Part shown: one piece after another, positions 1 to 9,795 of the stretch | Numbering within the stretch: the stretch's first letter is position 1 | How the letters are laid out: every line of letters starts with the position of its first letter | Origin: an uncultured bacterium | GTDB lineage: Bacteria > Acidobacteriota > Thermoanaerobaculia > Multivoradales > JAHZIX01 | Length of the DNA: 64,000 bases | Reading direction: 5' to 3' | Assembly: GCA_965368975.1 (NCBI GenBank) | Contig: CBDUPA010000022.1 | Location: forward strand, 42,550 to 106,549 | Made by a program: the position numbers and the translations under genes | Notes under the pieces: model-generated | Databases searched by the model: none | What the model was told of the DNA's origin: nothing | Seen by the model: the letters and a program-made list of their open reading frames with translations, nothing else

Positions 1-588
1 GATGTCGTGCAGGCCATGTGACGAGATGACCACCGTCGTTTCCTGCTCGCGTACCGTCTCGAGCAGATACTCCAGCGTCCGTTCGCGCACAACCGGGTCC
101 ATGTGGCTCACCGGTTCGTCGAGCAAGATGAGTTCTGGACGGTGGCACAGCGCCAGCATCAGTGCCAGCTTCTGTTGATTGCCGCCGGACAGCGTCTCGA
201 CCTTCGCGAACAGGTCGAGTTGAAGCTTGGCGCGCAGCTTCTCTTCCAGCTCGCGATCCCACGTGTTGTAGAAGCCGGCCACATAGTCCAAGTGCTGCTC
301 TACCGTCAGCCAGCCCAGCAGCTGGATCTTCTGATCCAGCGCACCAATGCGCCGCAGCTGCTCGGCGCCGAGGTCCTGTACGGGCTTGCCCAGCGTGTGC
401 GCAGACCCACCGTCCGGTACGAGCACGCCCGACATGAGGCGCAGTAGCGTCGTCTTTCCCGCGCCGTTGGCCCCGACTAGGCCGATCACGGAACCGCGCG
501 GTAGCGAGAGGTTGACATCGTTTAGCGCCACCTTGCTGCCAAAGCACTTGACGGCGAATTCCATTTCGACCACGGGTTCACGATGCAT
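1..588 (-). CDS. ABC transporter ATP-binding protein (runs off the left edge); paralog of 1954-2841
   Basis: Manual translation, not in the ORF track: MHREPVVEMEFAVK...GANGAGKTT (Walker A)...LSGGNQQK...LILLDEP...VISSH. AGGAGG RBS precedes the ATG at 588. Confidence 0.9.
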   Translation of the reverse strand, partial: MHREPVVEMEFAVKCFGSKVALNDVNLSLPRGSVIGLVGANGAGKTTLLRLMSGVLVPDGGSAHTLGKPVQDLGAEQLRRIGALDQKIQLLGWLTVEQHLDYVAGFYNTWDRELEEKLRAKLQLDLFAKVETLSGGNQQKLALMLALCHRPELILLDEPVSHMDPVVRERTLEYLLETVREQETTVVISSHGLHDI

Positions 589-1954
589 TGCCAACCTCCT
601 CGGGCAGAGTAGGGTTCCGCCGGAGAGAAGCCGCCGCCAGGCGCCAGCCGTTGCGCAGGAGCAAGCGGGAGCTTCGTATCAGTAGGTACAGAGCCAGGAT
701 GAAAGGGAGAAAAGCCAGGATGAAGAAGCTGATCCTGTCGAACCAAAAGAGAAAGAGATAGGCCCCAACTCTCATGTAGAACAACGCTTGCCCGAAGAAG
801 AAACTCTCGGGATTTACGTAGAAGAAGAGATGGAGGGCGAGCCACGCCAGGCTGAGGCTGTCCGCGGAGTACGTCTTCGCCAACTCCTGGAGTAGAGGTA
901 TCGTCGCGCTGGTCAGGATCACGAAGACCAGGAGGCCGACGGGAAAGGCTGTCCAGCCCAGGCCTTCTTGTCCTAGCCATAGGAGGCCCAAGAACGTCAG
1001 GTTGGAGAGCAGGGCCGACAGCACGAGCGAAATGCTCGCCGCCGCGTCCATCGCGTCGTGGGTCTCGCGGGCGACTGGGTAGCGTAGGCTCAGCATCAGC
1101 TTGGGGAATCTGAGGCCCGCGAGAGTATTGATAGAGCCGATGGCGAGCGGGAGCAAGAGCTCCCAACTCGAGTTACTGTGAGCCGCCCAGCCGGAACCCC
1201 GATTGAGGAGCAGGAGCAAGCCGGCGAAGATAAACGGTGCGACGGCGAACGGTAGCCACCAAAACGAGGAGCCAAACTCGAAAAATGCCAGGCGCAGCCA
1301 GTGGCGCCACGTGGCCTTGGAAGGGCGCGGTGTGCACAGCATCGGAACTCGATGGTAGGGCAGCTCGGTTTTCCGGCGCGAGTTTCGAGAGCGGCCTGCT
1401 TCGATCTCTTCACGGAGTTTGGTGCGTCGCAAGGTCCAAAAGAACAACACCAGCACTGGGATAGAAAAGAGCAATGCCAGCGCTCCCTGTTGCCAAGGTG
1501 TCCCCGGGACCGCTTCGAGCGGCGGGCGCTCCGGATCGATGAAGATCGCCGGGATCATTGCGACGACGATGCGCTTCTCGGCTTGCCGCAGCCAGGAAGC
1601 GATCGTCATGCCGCACACCAGCGCCAGCCATTCGAAGCTGACCAGCCAAAAGGCCGTGCCGACTCCCTGCATCAAGGCGATCAAGACAAAGCTGGGCAGC
1701 AGGAAAGCGCAACTGCCCAGGACGGCCTGCCGCCAGATGCGACGCTCGGCGCGCGGCAGCAGCCACGAGAAGTAAGCGCGACGTACGGTAGTTGTTGCCG
1801 CTCCCAGTGCATCGCCTAGCAAGTAGGCGCTGACCAACAAACTCACCTGGACTCCCAGAGAGAAGAAGCCCCGCAGCAGTAGCAGCCAGGTCAGAACCTG
1901 GAGGCAGAGCGCTATGATCAAGGGGATGAGGACTGATTTCCGCGTTGGCATCAT
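578..1954 (-). CDS. Polytopic membrane protein, probable ABC permease of the YtrA-type operon
   Basis: 458 aa with many hydrophobic segments; overlaps the ABC ATPase genes on both sides. Confidence 0.65.
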   Translation of the reverse strand: MMPTRKSVLIPLIIALCLQVLTWLLLLRGFFSLGVQVSLLVSAYLLGDALGAATTTVRRAYFSWLLPRAERRIWRQAVLGSCAFLLPSFVLIALMQGVGTAFWLVSFEWLALVCGMTIASWLRQAEKRIVVAMIPAIFIDPERPPLEAVPGTPWQQGALALLFSIPVLVLFFWTLRRTKLREEIEAGRSRNSRRKTELPYHRVPMLCTPRPSKATWRHWLRLAFFEFGSSFWWLPFAVAPFIFAGLLLLLNRGSGWAAHSNSSWELLLPLAIGSINTLAGLRFPKLMLSLRYPVARETHDAMDAAASISLVLSALLSNLTFLGLLWLGQEGLGWTAFPVGLLVFVILTSATIPLLQELAKTYSADSLSLAWLALHLFFYVNPESFFFGQALFYMRVGAYLFLFWFDRISFFILAFLPFILALYLLIRSSRLLLRNGWRLAAASLRRNPTLPEEVGNAS

Positions 1955-2841
1955 CAGATCTTCTCCAGCAGGTGCAGGAGAGTCCGCTCGAGACTCAGAT
2001 GCCGCTCGATCACATCGACTCGATACCGCTCGCGGAAAGCTTGTGGCTCGGCACCCGTGCGCACGATCAGGCTGGCTCGGTTGTTCGCTCGCGTGATGTG
2101 CTCGACGTACGGCTCCGTGAAGACTTCAGGCAGCTCCGACTCTGTGCCCGCCGCCGGGGCCACGACCCACTCGCGATACTGCTCCTGCAGCTCGTGGACC
2201 GGGCTGTTGAGCGTGATGCGTCCGAAGGCCATGCAGACGACGTGGTCCACTACCTTCTCGACGTCGCGCAGCACGTGAGACGAGATGACGATCGTCGTTT
2301 CCTGTTCGCGCACAGCTTCCAGCAGGTACTCCAGGATCCTTTCTCGCACAATCGGATCCATCGCGCTGACCGGCTCGTCGAGCAGGATCAACTCCGGGCG
2401 ATGGCACAGCGCCAGCAGCAACGCCAGCTTTTGCCGGTTGCCGCCCGAGAGCGAGTCCACGTTGGCCACCTGGCTGAGTTCGAAGCGCTCCAGCAGCTGA
2501 GCTTCCAGGTCGCGGTCCCAATGGTCGTAGAAGCCGGCGACGTAGCGCAAGTGCTGCTCGACGGTCAGGAAATCCAGCAGTCGGATCTCCTGGTCCAGCG
2601 CGCCGATTCGATTCAGTCGAGCCGCGTCGAGACCGGAAGCCGGTACACCGAGCGTTGTCACTTCACCGAATGTAGGGATTAGCATGCCGGTGATCGAGCG
2701 CAGGAGCGTCGTCTTGCCGGCACCGTTGGCCCCGATCAGACCGACGATCGATCCTTTGGGCAGCGACAAGGTGACTTCGTGCAGCGCGGTCGTTTCTTGA
2801 AACTTCTTCGTCAGCATGACGGTCTCGACGGGAGTGCTCAT
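1954..2841 (-). CDS. ABC transporter ATP-binding protein (YtrB-like)
   Basis: GANGAGKTT, LSGGNRQK, ILLDEP, ISSH motifs. Confidence 0.93.
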   Translation of the reverse strand: MSTPVETVMLTKKFQETTALHEVTLSLPKGSIVGLIGANGAGKTTLLRSITGMLIPTFGEVTTLGVPASGLDAARLNRIGALDQEIRLLDFLTVEQHLRYVAGFYDHWDRDLEAQLLERFELSQVANVDSLSGGNRQKLALLLALCHRPELILLDEPVSAMDPIVRERILEYLLEAVREQETTIVISSHVLRDVEKVVDHVVCMAFGRITLNSPVHELQEQYREWVVAPAAGTESELPEVFTEPYVEHITRANNRASLIVRTGAEPQAFRERYRVDVIERHLSLERTLLHLLEKI

Positions 2842-3233
2842 CGCGACTCTCCTTTCGACCCGGCATCCGCCAACATCGCCCCGAACACGCCCAGGGCCTC
2901 ATCGCCGCCCAGGTCGAGTTCTGCCACCAACTGCACCGCCGGCTCGAGGCTGCCGCGCAACCGCTCGATCTGCTGTCCACGCCGGTCGTCGTCCGAGCGC
3001 TTCGCCACCACGGAGGGCAGCCCCTTGCGCCGTTCGATGTAGCCCTCCTCTTCGAGCAGGCTGTACGCCTTGCTCAGCGTCATCGGGTTGACCTTCAACT
3101 CGGCGGACAGCGAGCGCGTGGAAGGAATCTCGCTGCCTTCCGGCAGCTTTCCTGTATCGATGTGGAACTTGATCTGGTCCATGACTTGCCTGTAGACGGG
3201 AATGCCCGAGTGGGCGTCGACCACGATCAACAT
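2838..3233 (-). CDS. GntR-family regulator, YtrA subfamily
   Basis: PVYRQV...IPSTRSLSAELKVNPMTLSKAYSLLEEEGYI wHTH with a short C-terminus; heads an ABC operon. Confidence 0.9.
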   Translation of the reverse strand: MLIVVDAHSGIPVYRQVMDQIKFHIDTGKLPEGSEIPSTRSLSAELKVNPMTLSKAYSLLEEEGYIERRKGLPSVVAKRSDDDRRGQQIERLRGSLEPAVQLVAELDLGGDEALGVFGAMLADAGSKGESR

Positions 3234-3332
3234 TGCCGCCGCCTGTCTCGAACTGGGTTGGATGGATGCCTCATGGGTCCTCTCGATGTCGGTGCCGCGT
3301 CCGGCACAGGGTGCGAGTTCGCGCTGCGTGAG

Positions 3333-3398
3333 GGTGCATCATTCATGTAATGCACCATGAGTATCTGTAAGCCGGGTGTATTTGTCAAGTAATACACC
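3333..3398 (-). promoter_or_regulatory. Two 24-bp palindromic operators overlapping a sigma70 promoter for the GntR/ABC operon
   Basis: GGTGCAT-N10-ATGCACC (3333-3356) and GGTGTATT-N8-AATACACC (3375-3398); minus strand TTGACA (3388-3383)-N17-GATACT (3365-3360). Confidence 0.75.
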
Positions 3399-3454
3399 TG
3401 CCTCTTCTGAGAATGCCGCTGAGGATGCCGCCGAGGAATCGAGCTGCCGAAACG

Positions 3455-3488
3455 CCGAAACCCCCGATCCGGAGGCTGGATCGAGGGT
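3455..3488 (-). terminator. Probable intrinsic terminator after the amidase operon
   Basis: Minus strand ACCCTCGATCC-loop-GGATCGGGGGT followed by TTC. Confidence 0.45.
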
Positions 3489-3563
3489 CATAGTGGGACG
3501 CTAAAGAGGACTAGGAGTGAGGTTATGTGCCGCAGATGGCCGGTCCGTTGGACTCAAGGCTCG

Positions 3564-3800
3564 TCAGTCGGCGGTGTGGGTGGTCCCTTGCGGTAGTGGC
3601 TTCGCTGGCTTCGACTGAGCAGCCTCATGAGCATCCTGCTCTCTCTCCCTTCTCTTCTCTTGACGGACCAGATACGCGCCAACCGCCATCAATATCCAGT
3701 CCAAATTAAAAGGAAAGTCTATTCTCACGGCCTTCAGCACCATGACCACCAACAGGAGGATCATGCCGAAGATGGCGAGGAACTTGGCTCGAGAGTTCAT
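3564..3800 (-). CDS. Small two-TM membrane protein, hypothetical
   Basis: MNSRAKFLAIFGMILLLVV...; ATGA overlap with the amidase stop codon; charged C-terminal tail. Confidence 0.6.
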   Translation of the reverse strand: MNSRAKFLAIFGMILLLVVMVLKAVRIDFPFNLDWILMAVGAYLVRQEKRREREQDAHEAAQSKPAKPLPQGTTHTAD

Positions 3801-4627
3801 GGCAGCTCCCTCCCCACAAACCCCGTCCACAACCCATCCTCCACCAGCCCCCACTCCCGCTGAAACCGCCTCAATGCCGCATCACTCGCTTCCCCCCAAA
3901 CCCCTCGACGCACCTCGTCCTCCTCCCCCCGCAGCACCCCGACGCCCACCAGTGCTCGCTGCCGCCCCTTGACAGTCAGGTACGGTGTCCACACGTCCGG
4001 CACCTCCCGCCCATAGATCCCCGACAGCACCCGCGCGAAGGGAAACCCCAACACATCCTGCTTGTAGGTCGGGCAGAGATCGCTGTGCCCGTGGTGATGC
4101 TCCGGCCGGATGTGGGGAAACGCCGCGACGATCTCTTTGCCGACTTCGATCATCATTTCGATCTGCTCTTCCGGCCACGGCGGGACGCGCAGGATCCACT
4201 TGCCGTTCGGGGTCGCGACACGGATCCAATCCTCTTCGGACGGGTAGCCGCGACGCGCGTAGCCGATGTGCACGGTTTCGATGCCGATGCACGTGCGTGC
4301 ACCCTTGTCAGCGGCTCCCGTGTACGCTCGTCCATCCCAGCGCAGGCGCTGCTGCTTGCCGGCGTGCCACGAGCGATCCTCGAGCCGTACGTATCGATCG
4401 ATGCCTTCGTGCCACGTCCGGCCGACGCCGTAGTGGGCGCTCGCTTGGCCCTTGCGCTCCGGCTCGGGACCACCGATGAGTCGTCGACATTCGGCGAGAT
4501 CTTCCGTCGCCGTCCAGTGCCAGGTGACGCCGTGGGGACGGCTGCCGGTGGCCGCGGGCCAACCGACATCGACGGCGTGGCCGGCGGCGGGGTCGGTGGG
4601 CAGGAGGGTGTCTTCGCGGATCTCCAT
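3797..4627 (-). CDS. N-acetylmuramoyl-L-alanine amidase (Amidase_2) with a C-terminal peptidoglycan-binding-like domain
   Basis: HWTA, SAHY, SWHAG, IGIE, GHSD...K.D motifs; C-terminal ALRRFQREWGLVEDG. Confidence 0.8.
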   Translation of the reverse strand: MEIREDTLLPTDPAAGHAVDVGWPAATGSRPHGVTWHWTATEDLAECRRLIGGPEPERKGQASAHYGVGRTWHEGIDRYVRLEDRSWHAGKQQRLRWDGRAYTGAADKGARTCIGIETVHIGYARRGYPSEEDWIRVATPNGKWILRVPPWPEEQIEMMIEVGKEIVAAFPHIRPEHHHGHSDLCPTYKQDVLGFPFARVLSGIYGREVPDVWTPYLTVKGRQRALVGVGVLRGEEDEVRRGVWGEASDAALRRFQREWGLVEDGLWTGFVGRELP

Positions 4628-4651
4628 GAGGTGCAGCTTACCTTCCGTGCG

Positions 4652-7477
4652 TCAGTTCTCGCGTTCCTGGCGCCGCTCTGCCGTGCGGAGCCGCCGGCGC
4701 ACGTCGCGGAGAGTCTGCTCCAGCTCCTCTTCGTGCTCGCGCAGTTTCTCGTCGTCGTCGTCGGGTCTCGGCTGGAGTCGACGCAGGGACAGGATGGCGG
4801 TGCGCTGCAGGCGGCGCTGGGGTTCGTCGGCGGCGAGTTGGCGCAGGGTCGGCAGGGCGTCGAGGTCGCCGAGCAGGCCGAGGGCGCGGATGGCGGCGGT
4901 GCGGACTTGTAGGTGGCCGGCTTGGGCGGCGTCGACGAGGAGGTCGAGGATGCGCGGGTCTTCTTTCTGCCGGCCGAGCACGGCGAGCAGGGAGAAGGCG
5001 GCTTGTTGTTCGAAGGGTCGTTCGGGGGACCTGGTCCGTGTGCCCGCCCGCTGCAGAGCCAGCTCGACGACAGCGGTGCGCGTTTCAGACTCGAGGGCGC
5101 CGGAGCGCACCAGCGAGGTGAGCGCGTGCAGCGCGCCGACGCGGATCTCGTCGTGCCAGCTGTCGACCTCCAGGGCGGCGTTGAGGGTGGGTAGGGCGGC
5201 TTCGCCGAGCACCATGGCCAGGCTGAGCATGGCTTCCTTCTGCACCTCGAAGCTGGCGTCGGCCGTGGTGGCCGGGGCGATGAGGGCTTGCAGCAGGGCG
5301 GTGGCTTGGGAGTCGGCGGGGAAGCCGCTCAGAGCCGTGGCAGCGGCGGCGCGGACCTTGGGGTGCTCCTGTTCCAGGGCAGTGGTCAGGACGGGCAGGG
5401 TGGACGCTTCGGCGAGCTGCCCCAGCGTACGGGCGGCGGCGGCGCGGACGCCGGAAACGGGGTCGCTGTCGACGGCTGTGGTGAGGGCGGCCAGCACAGC
5501 GGGGTTGGGTTCGACCAGCACCAACGCTTCGGCGGCATCGAGACGGTCGAGGGTGCCGGTGGCGTGACGAAGCTGGTGCAGCAGCAGGTTGGTGTCTTTG
5601 TCGAAGGTGACGCTGGCCAGCAGGTGACGGCCGGGGTCGAACAGCAGCATCTCGGGAGGTGCGGGCACCTCCATCGAGACGGTGGTGACGGCATCGGCGA
5701 AGCGCAAGGGCCGGCGTACCACCCGGCCGCCGGTATGAGCCTCGAGGTGTGTCTCGATGGGGAAGGGCGCGTCGGCTGCTCCGGCTTGAAGCTGACGAAC
5801 GGTCCAGATGATGGTACCGGCCGAGCTGGACTCACCGGCGTCCGGGTCGGCCTCGGAGGTCGAGGCTCGGAACTCGGCGCGCACTTCCAGCTCGGGATGA
5901 CCGGCGCGGTAGATCCAGCGATCGAAGAGAGCGGCGTGCCGCTTGCCCGTCTCGGCTTCGAGGACGTCGAGGAAGTCTTGCGTATCGACCGACTCAGCGG
6001 CGTAGCGCACGACGTAGCGACGCAGAACCCGGCGGAACCGATCGGCGCCCAACTGCTGCCGCAGTACGTGCAACACCAGCGCACCCTTGAAGTAGGTGTG
6101 CCGGTCGTACAGGTCTTCCGGATGGGGGTAGCGACGGCTGATCACCGGCCGTTGGTAGGCATTGGCGGCTTCGGCCAGGTAGCCTTCCAGCAGCTGGCGC
6201 CGATGCAGGTCGAAGGCGGCGGTGCCAAAGCGATCCTCGATGTAGAGCGCCGCCAGGTAGGTGGTAAAGCCTTCGTTCAGCCACACCTCGGACCATTCGC
6301 GGCAGCTGACCCAGTTGCCGAGCCACTGGTGAGCCAGCTCGTGTACCAGCAGGGTTTCGTGACTGATTCGGTGGTCGAGCAGTGAGCGCTCTGTGTGCAG
6401 GGCACGGTCGGTGAGGGTCGTGGCGGAGATGTTCTCCATGCCGCCCCAGGGAAAGTCGCTGACCAGGATCTGAGCGTACTTGGCGAAGGGGTAGGGGGCG
6501 TCGAGGTAGTCGCTCAGGAAGCTCAGCATCTCGGGCATGGCGCCGAAGTTGCGTCGCCAGCCCTCTTCAGCCGCGGTGGGGTTGCTGGCGTCGAACCAAG
6601 GGTGGCCAAGAGGTAGGTAGTAGCTGAAGGGAAGGCGCCGTCCTCGATGCTCGAGGATCTCCCGCTGGACTTGGAAGCGGCCGACCGCGACGGTGAGGAG
6701 ATAGGTCGGATGTGGTTCTTCTTGGCGCCAGTGGAAGATGTACCGTTGGCCGATGGCGGCAGCGCTCCTTGCGAGGCTCGATATTGTCGCATCTGGCGGG
6801 CCGGGTTCCGCGGTGATTTCGGGTTCCAGTGGAAGCACCGTGCGCAACTCTCCAGCCGCCAGGGCCACCTCGCCATCGTCGACGGTGATCCACATTTCGC
6901 TGCTGGTGCGGTCGTTGGGATAGTCGTGGAGCGGGATCCAATGGCGCGTCTGCTCGGCCGCCCCCTGCGACCACACCTGTCGGGGTTCGTCGCGGAAGTA
7001 GATGCCGAGCCGCGGCCGGGCGCGGTAGCGGATGCGCACGTCCAGCCATGTACCGCGGTCGACGGGGTCCGCCCAGTCGAGGCGCAGGCGCTGCCCGTCG
7101 TTGCGGATGCCAGGCGGTGCTGGTAGGCCCTCGATCGTGGTGGCGAGGATCTCGAGATCCACCGCATCGAGTTCCAGGGTCGTCAGCTCGTCGGATAAGG
7201 CCTCGACGCTGAGGGTGACGTCGCCGTGGACGGTGCGGGTCTCATGCTCGAAGCGCACCCGCAAGGCCACGTGATGTAGGTCCCAATCACGGTCCGGTGG
7301 ATAGTGCACCGGCGTCGAGAGAGCACTGAAGGCGGATGTCGGCCCCTCTACTTCGGCGAGGGTTGCCGCGGCTACAGGTGAGACGGGCCAGCTCGAACAC
7401 AAGAGCACGGTGAACGAGACAACTACGGACAAGGTCCACAGCACAGTCAGCCGAACGCGCGCACGGCGTTGGGGCAT
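4652..7477 (-). CDS. M1-family zinc aminopeptidase with C-terminal HEAT repeats
   Basis: GGMEN and HELAH-X18-E motifs; VRAAAARTLG-type repeats; hydrophobic N-terminus. Confidence 0.9.
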   Translation of the reverse strand: MPQRRARVRLTVLWTLSVVVSFTVLLCSSWPVSPVAAATLAEVEGPTSAFSALSTPVHYPPDRDWDLHHVALRVRFEHETRTVHGDVTLSVEALSDELTTLELDAVDLEILATTIEGLPAPPGIRNDGQRLRLDWADPVDRGTWLDVRIRYRARPRLGIYFRDEPRQVWSQGAAEQTRHWIPLHDYPNDRTSSEMWITVDDGEVALAAGELRTVLPLEPEITAEPGPPDATISSLARSAAAIGQRYIFHWRQEEPHPTYLLTVAVGRFQVQREILEHRGRRLPFSYYLPLGHPWFDASNPTAAEEGWRRNFGAMPEMLSFLSDYLDAPYPFAKYAQILVSDFPWGGMENISATTLTDRALHTERSLLDHRISHETLLVHELAHQWLGNWVSCREWSEVWLNEGFTTYLAALYIEDRFGTAAFDLHRRQLLEGYLAEAANAYQRPVISRRYPHPEDLYDRHTYFKGALVLHVLRQQLGADRFRRVLRRYVVRYAAESVDTQDFLDVLEAETGKRHAALFDRWIYRAGHPELEVRAEFRASTSEADPDAGESSSAGTIIWTVRQLQAGAADAPFPIETHLEAHTGGRVVRRPLRFADAVTTVSMEVPAPPEMLLFDPGRHLLASVTFDKDTNLLLHQLRHATGTLDRLDAAEALVLVEPNPAVLAALTTAVDSDPVSGVRAAAARTLGQLAEASTLPVLTTALEQEHPKVRAAAATALSGFPADSQATALLQALIAPATTADASFEVQKEAMLSLAMVLGEAALPTLNAALEVDSWHDEIRVGALHALTSLVRSGALESETRTAVVELALQRAGTRTRSPERPFEQQAAFSLLAVLGRQKEDPRILDLLVDAAQAGHLQVRTAAIRALGLLGDLDALPTLRQLAADEPQRRLQRTAILSLRRLQPRPDDDDEKLREHEEELEQTLRDVRRRLRTAERRQEREN

Positions 7478-7558
7478 GCATCCTCCCGGAGAGAGCGTCA
7501 GGTCACGATAGCCGATCTACAACGACATCGTATTGTAACGCGACCCTCCGGTCCCGGC

Positions 7559-8134
7559 TCACACCAACAACACGCCCTCCAACACCAACAACTGCTGCTT
7601 CACATCCAAGCCGCCGCCGAAACCGGTCAGACTACCGTCGGCACCGATCACACGGTGGCAGGGGACGATGATCGAGATCGGGTTGGCGCCGTTGGCACCC
7701 CCGACGGCGCGCGCCGCGGTGGGACGACCGAGCGTACCCGCGACGCCCGCGGCGATGTCCTGGTAGCTGACCGTGGTGCCGTAGGGAATGCGGCTGAGCT
7801 GATCCCAGACCGCCTTCTGGAACTCAGTGCCGCGCGCCGCCAGCGGTAGATCGAAGTCGCGGCGTTGTTTGCGGAAGTACTCGTCCAGCTGCGCGACCAC
7901 GTGGGCGCAGCGCTCGGCGTCCGGGACCAGGCTGACCCGGTACTGCGTCTCCGCGTCCTCGACCATGCCTTCGAGCGTGCGATCCTGGTTCAGGAAACGC
8001 AGCTGGACGACGGCGCCGTGCTCGTCGACGACCAGGAACAGGTCGCCCACGGGTGAAGGCATGACGTGCGAGTACAAGGTCTCGGGCTGGGCGCCCTGCT
8101 TGGGCGGTGCGTTCTTGACGGTTCGGGCGTTCAT
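7559..8134 (-). CDS. ogt: Methylated-DNA--protein-cysteine methyltransferase
   Basis: GTEFQKAVW...IPYG...ARAVG...IVPCHRVIG. Confidence 0.95.
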   Translation of the reverse strand: MNARTVKNAPPKQGAQPETLYSHVMPSPVGDLFLVVDEHGAVVQLRFLNQDRTLEGMVEDAETQYRVSLVPDAERCAHVVAQLDEYFRKQRRDFDLPLAARGTEFQKAVWDQLSRIPYGTTVSYQDIAAGVAGTLGRPTAARAVGGANGANPISIIVPCHRVIGADGSLTGFGGGLDVKQQLLVLEGVLLV

Positions 8135-9684
8135 GCAGGGTCTCCGAGGGTTCTCCAGAGGTGGTAGGTGGCGAGGCTTCGGTAGGGGCTGAAGGGTTCC
8201 ATGAGGCGCAAGGTCTCGTCCTTGTCCGGCCGCTCCTCGAGGTCGAAGAAGCGGCGCAGGGCTTCGTGTAGGCCGCTGTCACCCACCGGCACGCAGTCGG
8301 CGAAAGCGCAGGCGCGCAGCATGACGTAGTGGGTCGACCAGGGGCCGAAGCCGCGCCGGGCGAGCAGCGTGCGTTCGGCTTCCAGCGGGGGGCGCTCGGC
8401 GAGGCCTTCCGGGTTCAGTTCGCCGGCCACAACGGCACGGGCCAGGTCGATCAGGTATTCCGCCTTGCGCTGCGAGAACTGCAGCGGTCGCAAGTCGTCG
8501 ACGTCCAGCTGGGCGACCTCGGCGGGTGTCGGATGAGCGCGTGGCGGAGTGTCACGGCCGGGCAGGGTGCCGGCGCCTTGGGCGTCCACGTGGACGACCG
8601 GCCCTGCCAGCTCGATCAGGCGTCGACGCAGCAGGCTGGCGAAGCCGACGTTGAGCTGCTGGCCGACGATCGACCACACCATGCCTTCGAAGACGTCCGG
8701 CGTCTGCGGGATGCGCAATCCCGTGTGCCGCTCGAACAGACGGCGCAGCTTCGGTTTGCGGCTCAGCTGCGCGGCGAAGGCTTCAGCGTCGAAGTCGAGG
8801 CCGAGCATGCGCCAGGCGCAGCGATGCGCCGAGGCCATCTCGTGGGTGCTGAGCGGTCGGGGGTCGCTACCGCTGAGCCAGCCCGGCGTCACCGTGACGC
8901 GTAGGCGCAGTCCGTGCGCGGCGTCGCCCTCGAAGTCGAGACCGAGCAAGGCCGGGCGAGCCCTGGCGGAGTCCGAACGAAGCCAGACAATCCGCCGCGC
9001 CGACCGTCCGTCCGCCCACTCCGTGGGACTCTCGGGATCGCGACCGATGAGCGTCAGCGGGTCGTACTCGACATAGCCGTCCGGAAGTTCAAGGACGAAG
9101 CTGTGCGACCCGGGTGGCTCGCCTTCGTCACGACGCAGGCGCCGGTAGTCCCCCGGCGACAGGCCCGTCAGGCGCCGGAAGTTGGCGTGGAAGGTCGAAC
9201 TGCTCTCGAAGCCCACCGCCGCGGCGACATCGAGCAGAGACTCGTCAGAGTCGAGCAACCGTCTGCGTGCCGCGTCGATACGCACGCGTTGCAGGAAGGC
9301 TGCCGGCGTCGTGTGTCCGCAGCGGCGGAACTCGGCGCTCAGCTTGGTATTGCCCATGCCTGCCATCTTCGCCAGTGCTTGCACGTCGGCAAAGATCTCC
9401 GGCGCCGCGCGTGCCGTGTCCCACAGGTCGCGCAGACGTTCGAGGTCCGGGTCGAAGTCGCGGTAGAAGTAATGTGGCCGGCAGCGCTTGCACGGTCGCA
9501 GTCCCGCGTCCTTGGCTGTGTCCTCGGCGTCGAAGAACTGCACGTTCTCCGGCTTTGGATTGCGCGCCGGGCACGAGGGTAAGCAGTAGATGCCGGTGGA
9601 CAGGACCCCCACGATGAAGCGCCCGTCGTAGCTGGCGTCGCGGGCGTAGGCCCGCTCCAACATGTGTTCCCGCGTCAAGTTCAT
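8131..9684 (-). CDS. alkA: Ada-AlkA fusion (Ada Zn domain, AraC HTH, 3-methyladenine glycosylase)
   Basis: STGIYCLPSCPAR, LRPCKRC, VGFESSSTF, IVGQQL, GFGPWST, GDSGL. Confidence 0.9.
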   Translation of the reverse strand: MNLTREHMLERAYARDASYDGRFIVGVLSTGIYCLPSCPARNPKPENVQFFDAEDTAKDAGLRPCKRCRPHYFYRDFDPDLERLRDLWDTARAAPEIFADVQALAKMAGMGNTKLSAEFRRCGHTTPAAFLQRVRIDAARRRLLDSDESLLDVAAAVGFESSSTFHANFRRLTGLSPGDYRRLRRDEGEPPGSHSFVLELPDGYVEYDPLTLIGRDPESPTEWADGRSARRIVWLRSDSARARPALLGLDFEGDAAHGLRLRVTVTPGWLSGSDPRPLSTHEMASAHRCAWRMLGLDFDAEAFAAQLSRKPKLRRLFERHTGLRIPQTPDVFEGMVWSIVGQQLNVGFASLLRRRLIELAGPVVHVDAQGAGTLPGRDTPPRAHPTPAEVAQLDVDDLRPLQFSQRKAEYLIDLARAVVAGELNPEGLAERPPLEAERTLLARRGFGPWSTHYVMLRACAFADCVPVGDSGLHEALRRFFDLEERPDKDETLRLMEPFSPYRSLATYHLWRTLGDPA

Positions 9685-9690
9685 GCACGG

Positions 9691-9728
9691 AGCGTAGCGG
9701 ACGTCGGGATCTTTTGTCTTCCGGATTT
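9691..9728 (-). promoter_or_regulatory. Possible Ada-box-like site and -10 of a leaderless ada-alkA transcript
   Basis: Minus strand AAT-N6-GACA (9727-9715), then TACGCT (9696-9691) ending 6 nt before the ATG; no SD. Confidence 0.3.
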
Positions 9729-9795
9729 CTTCGCTGGATGTGATTGCCGGGAGTGTTGTGACTCGAGAACTAGGCTACCCGCGTACCGCCTCTTC

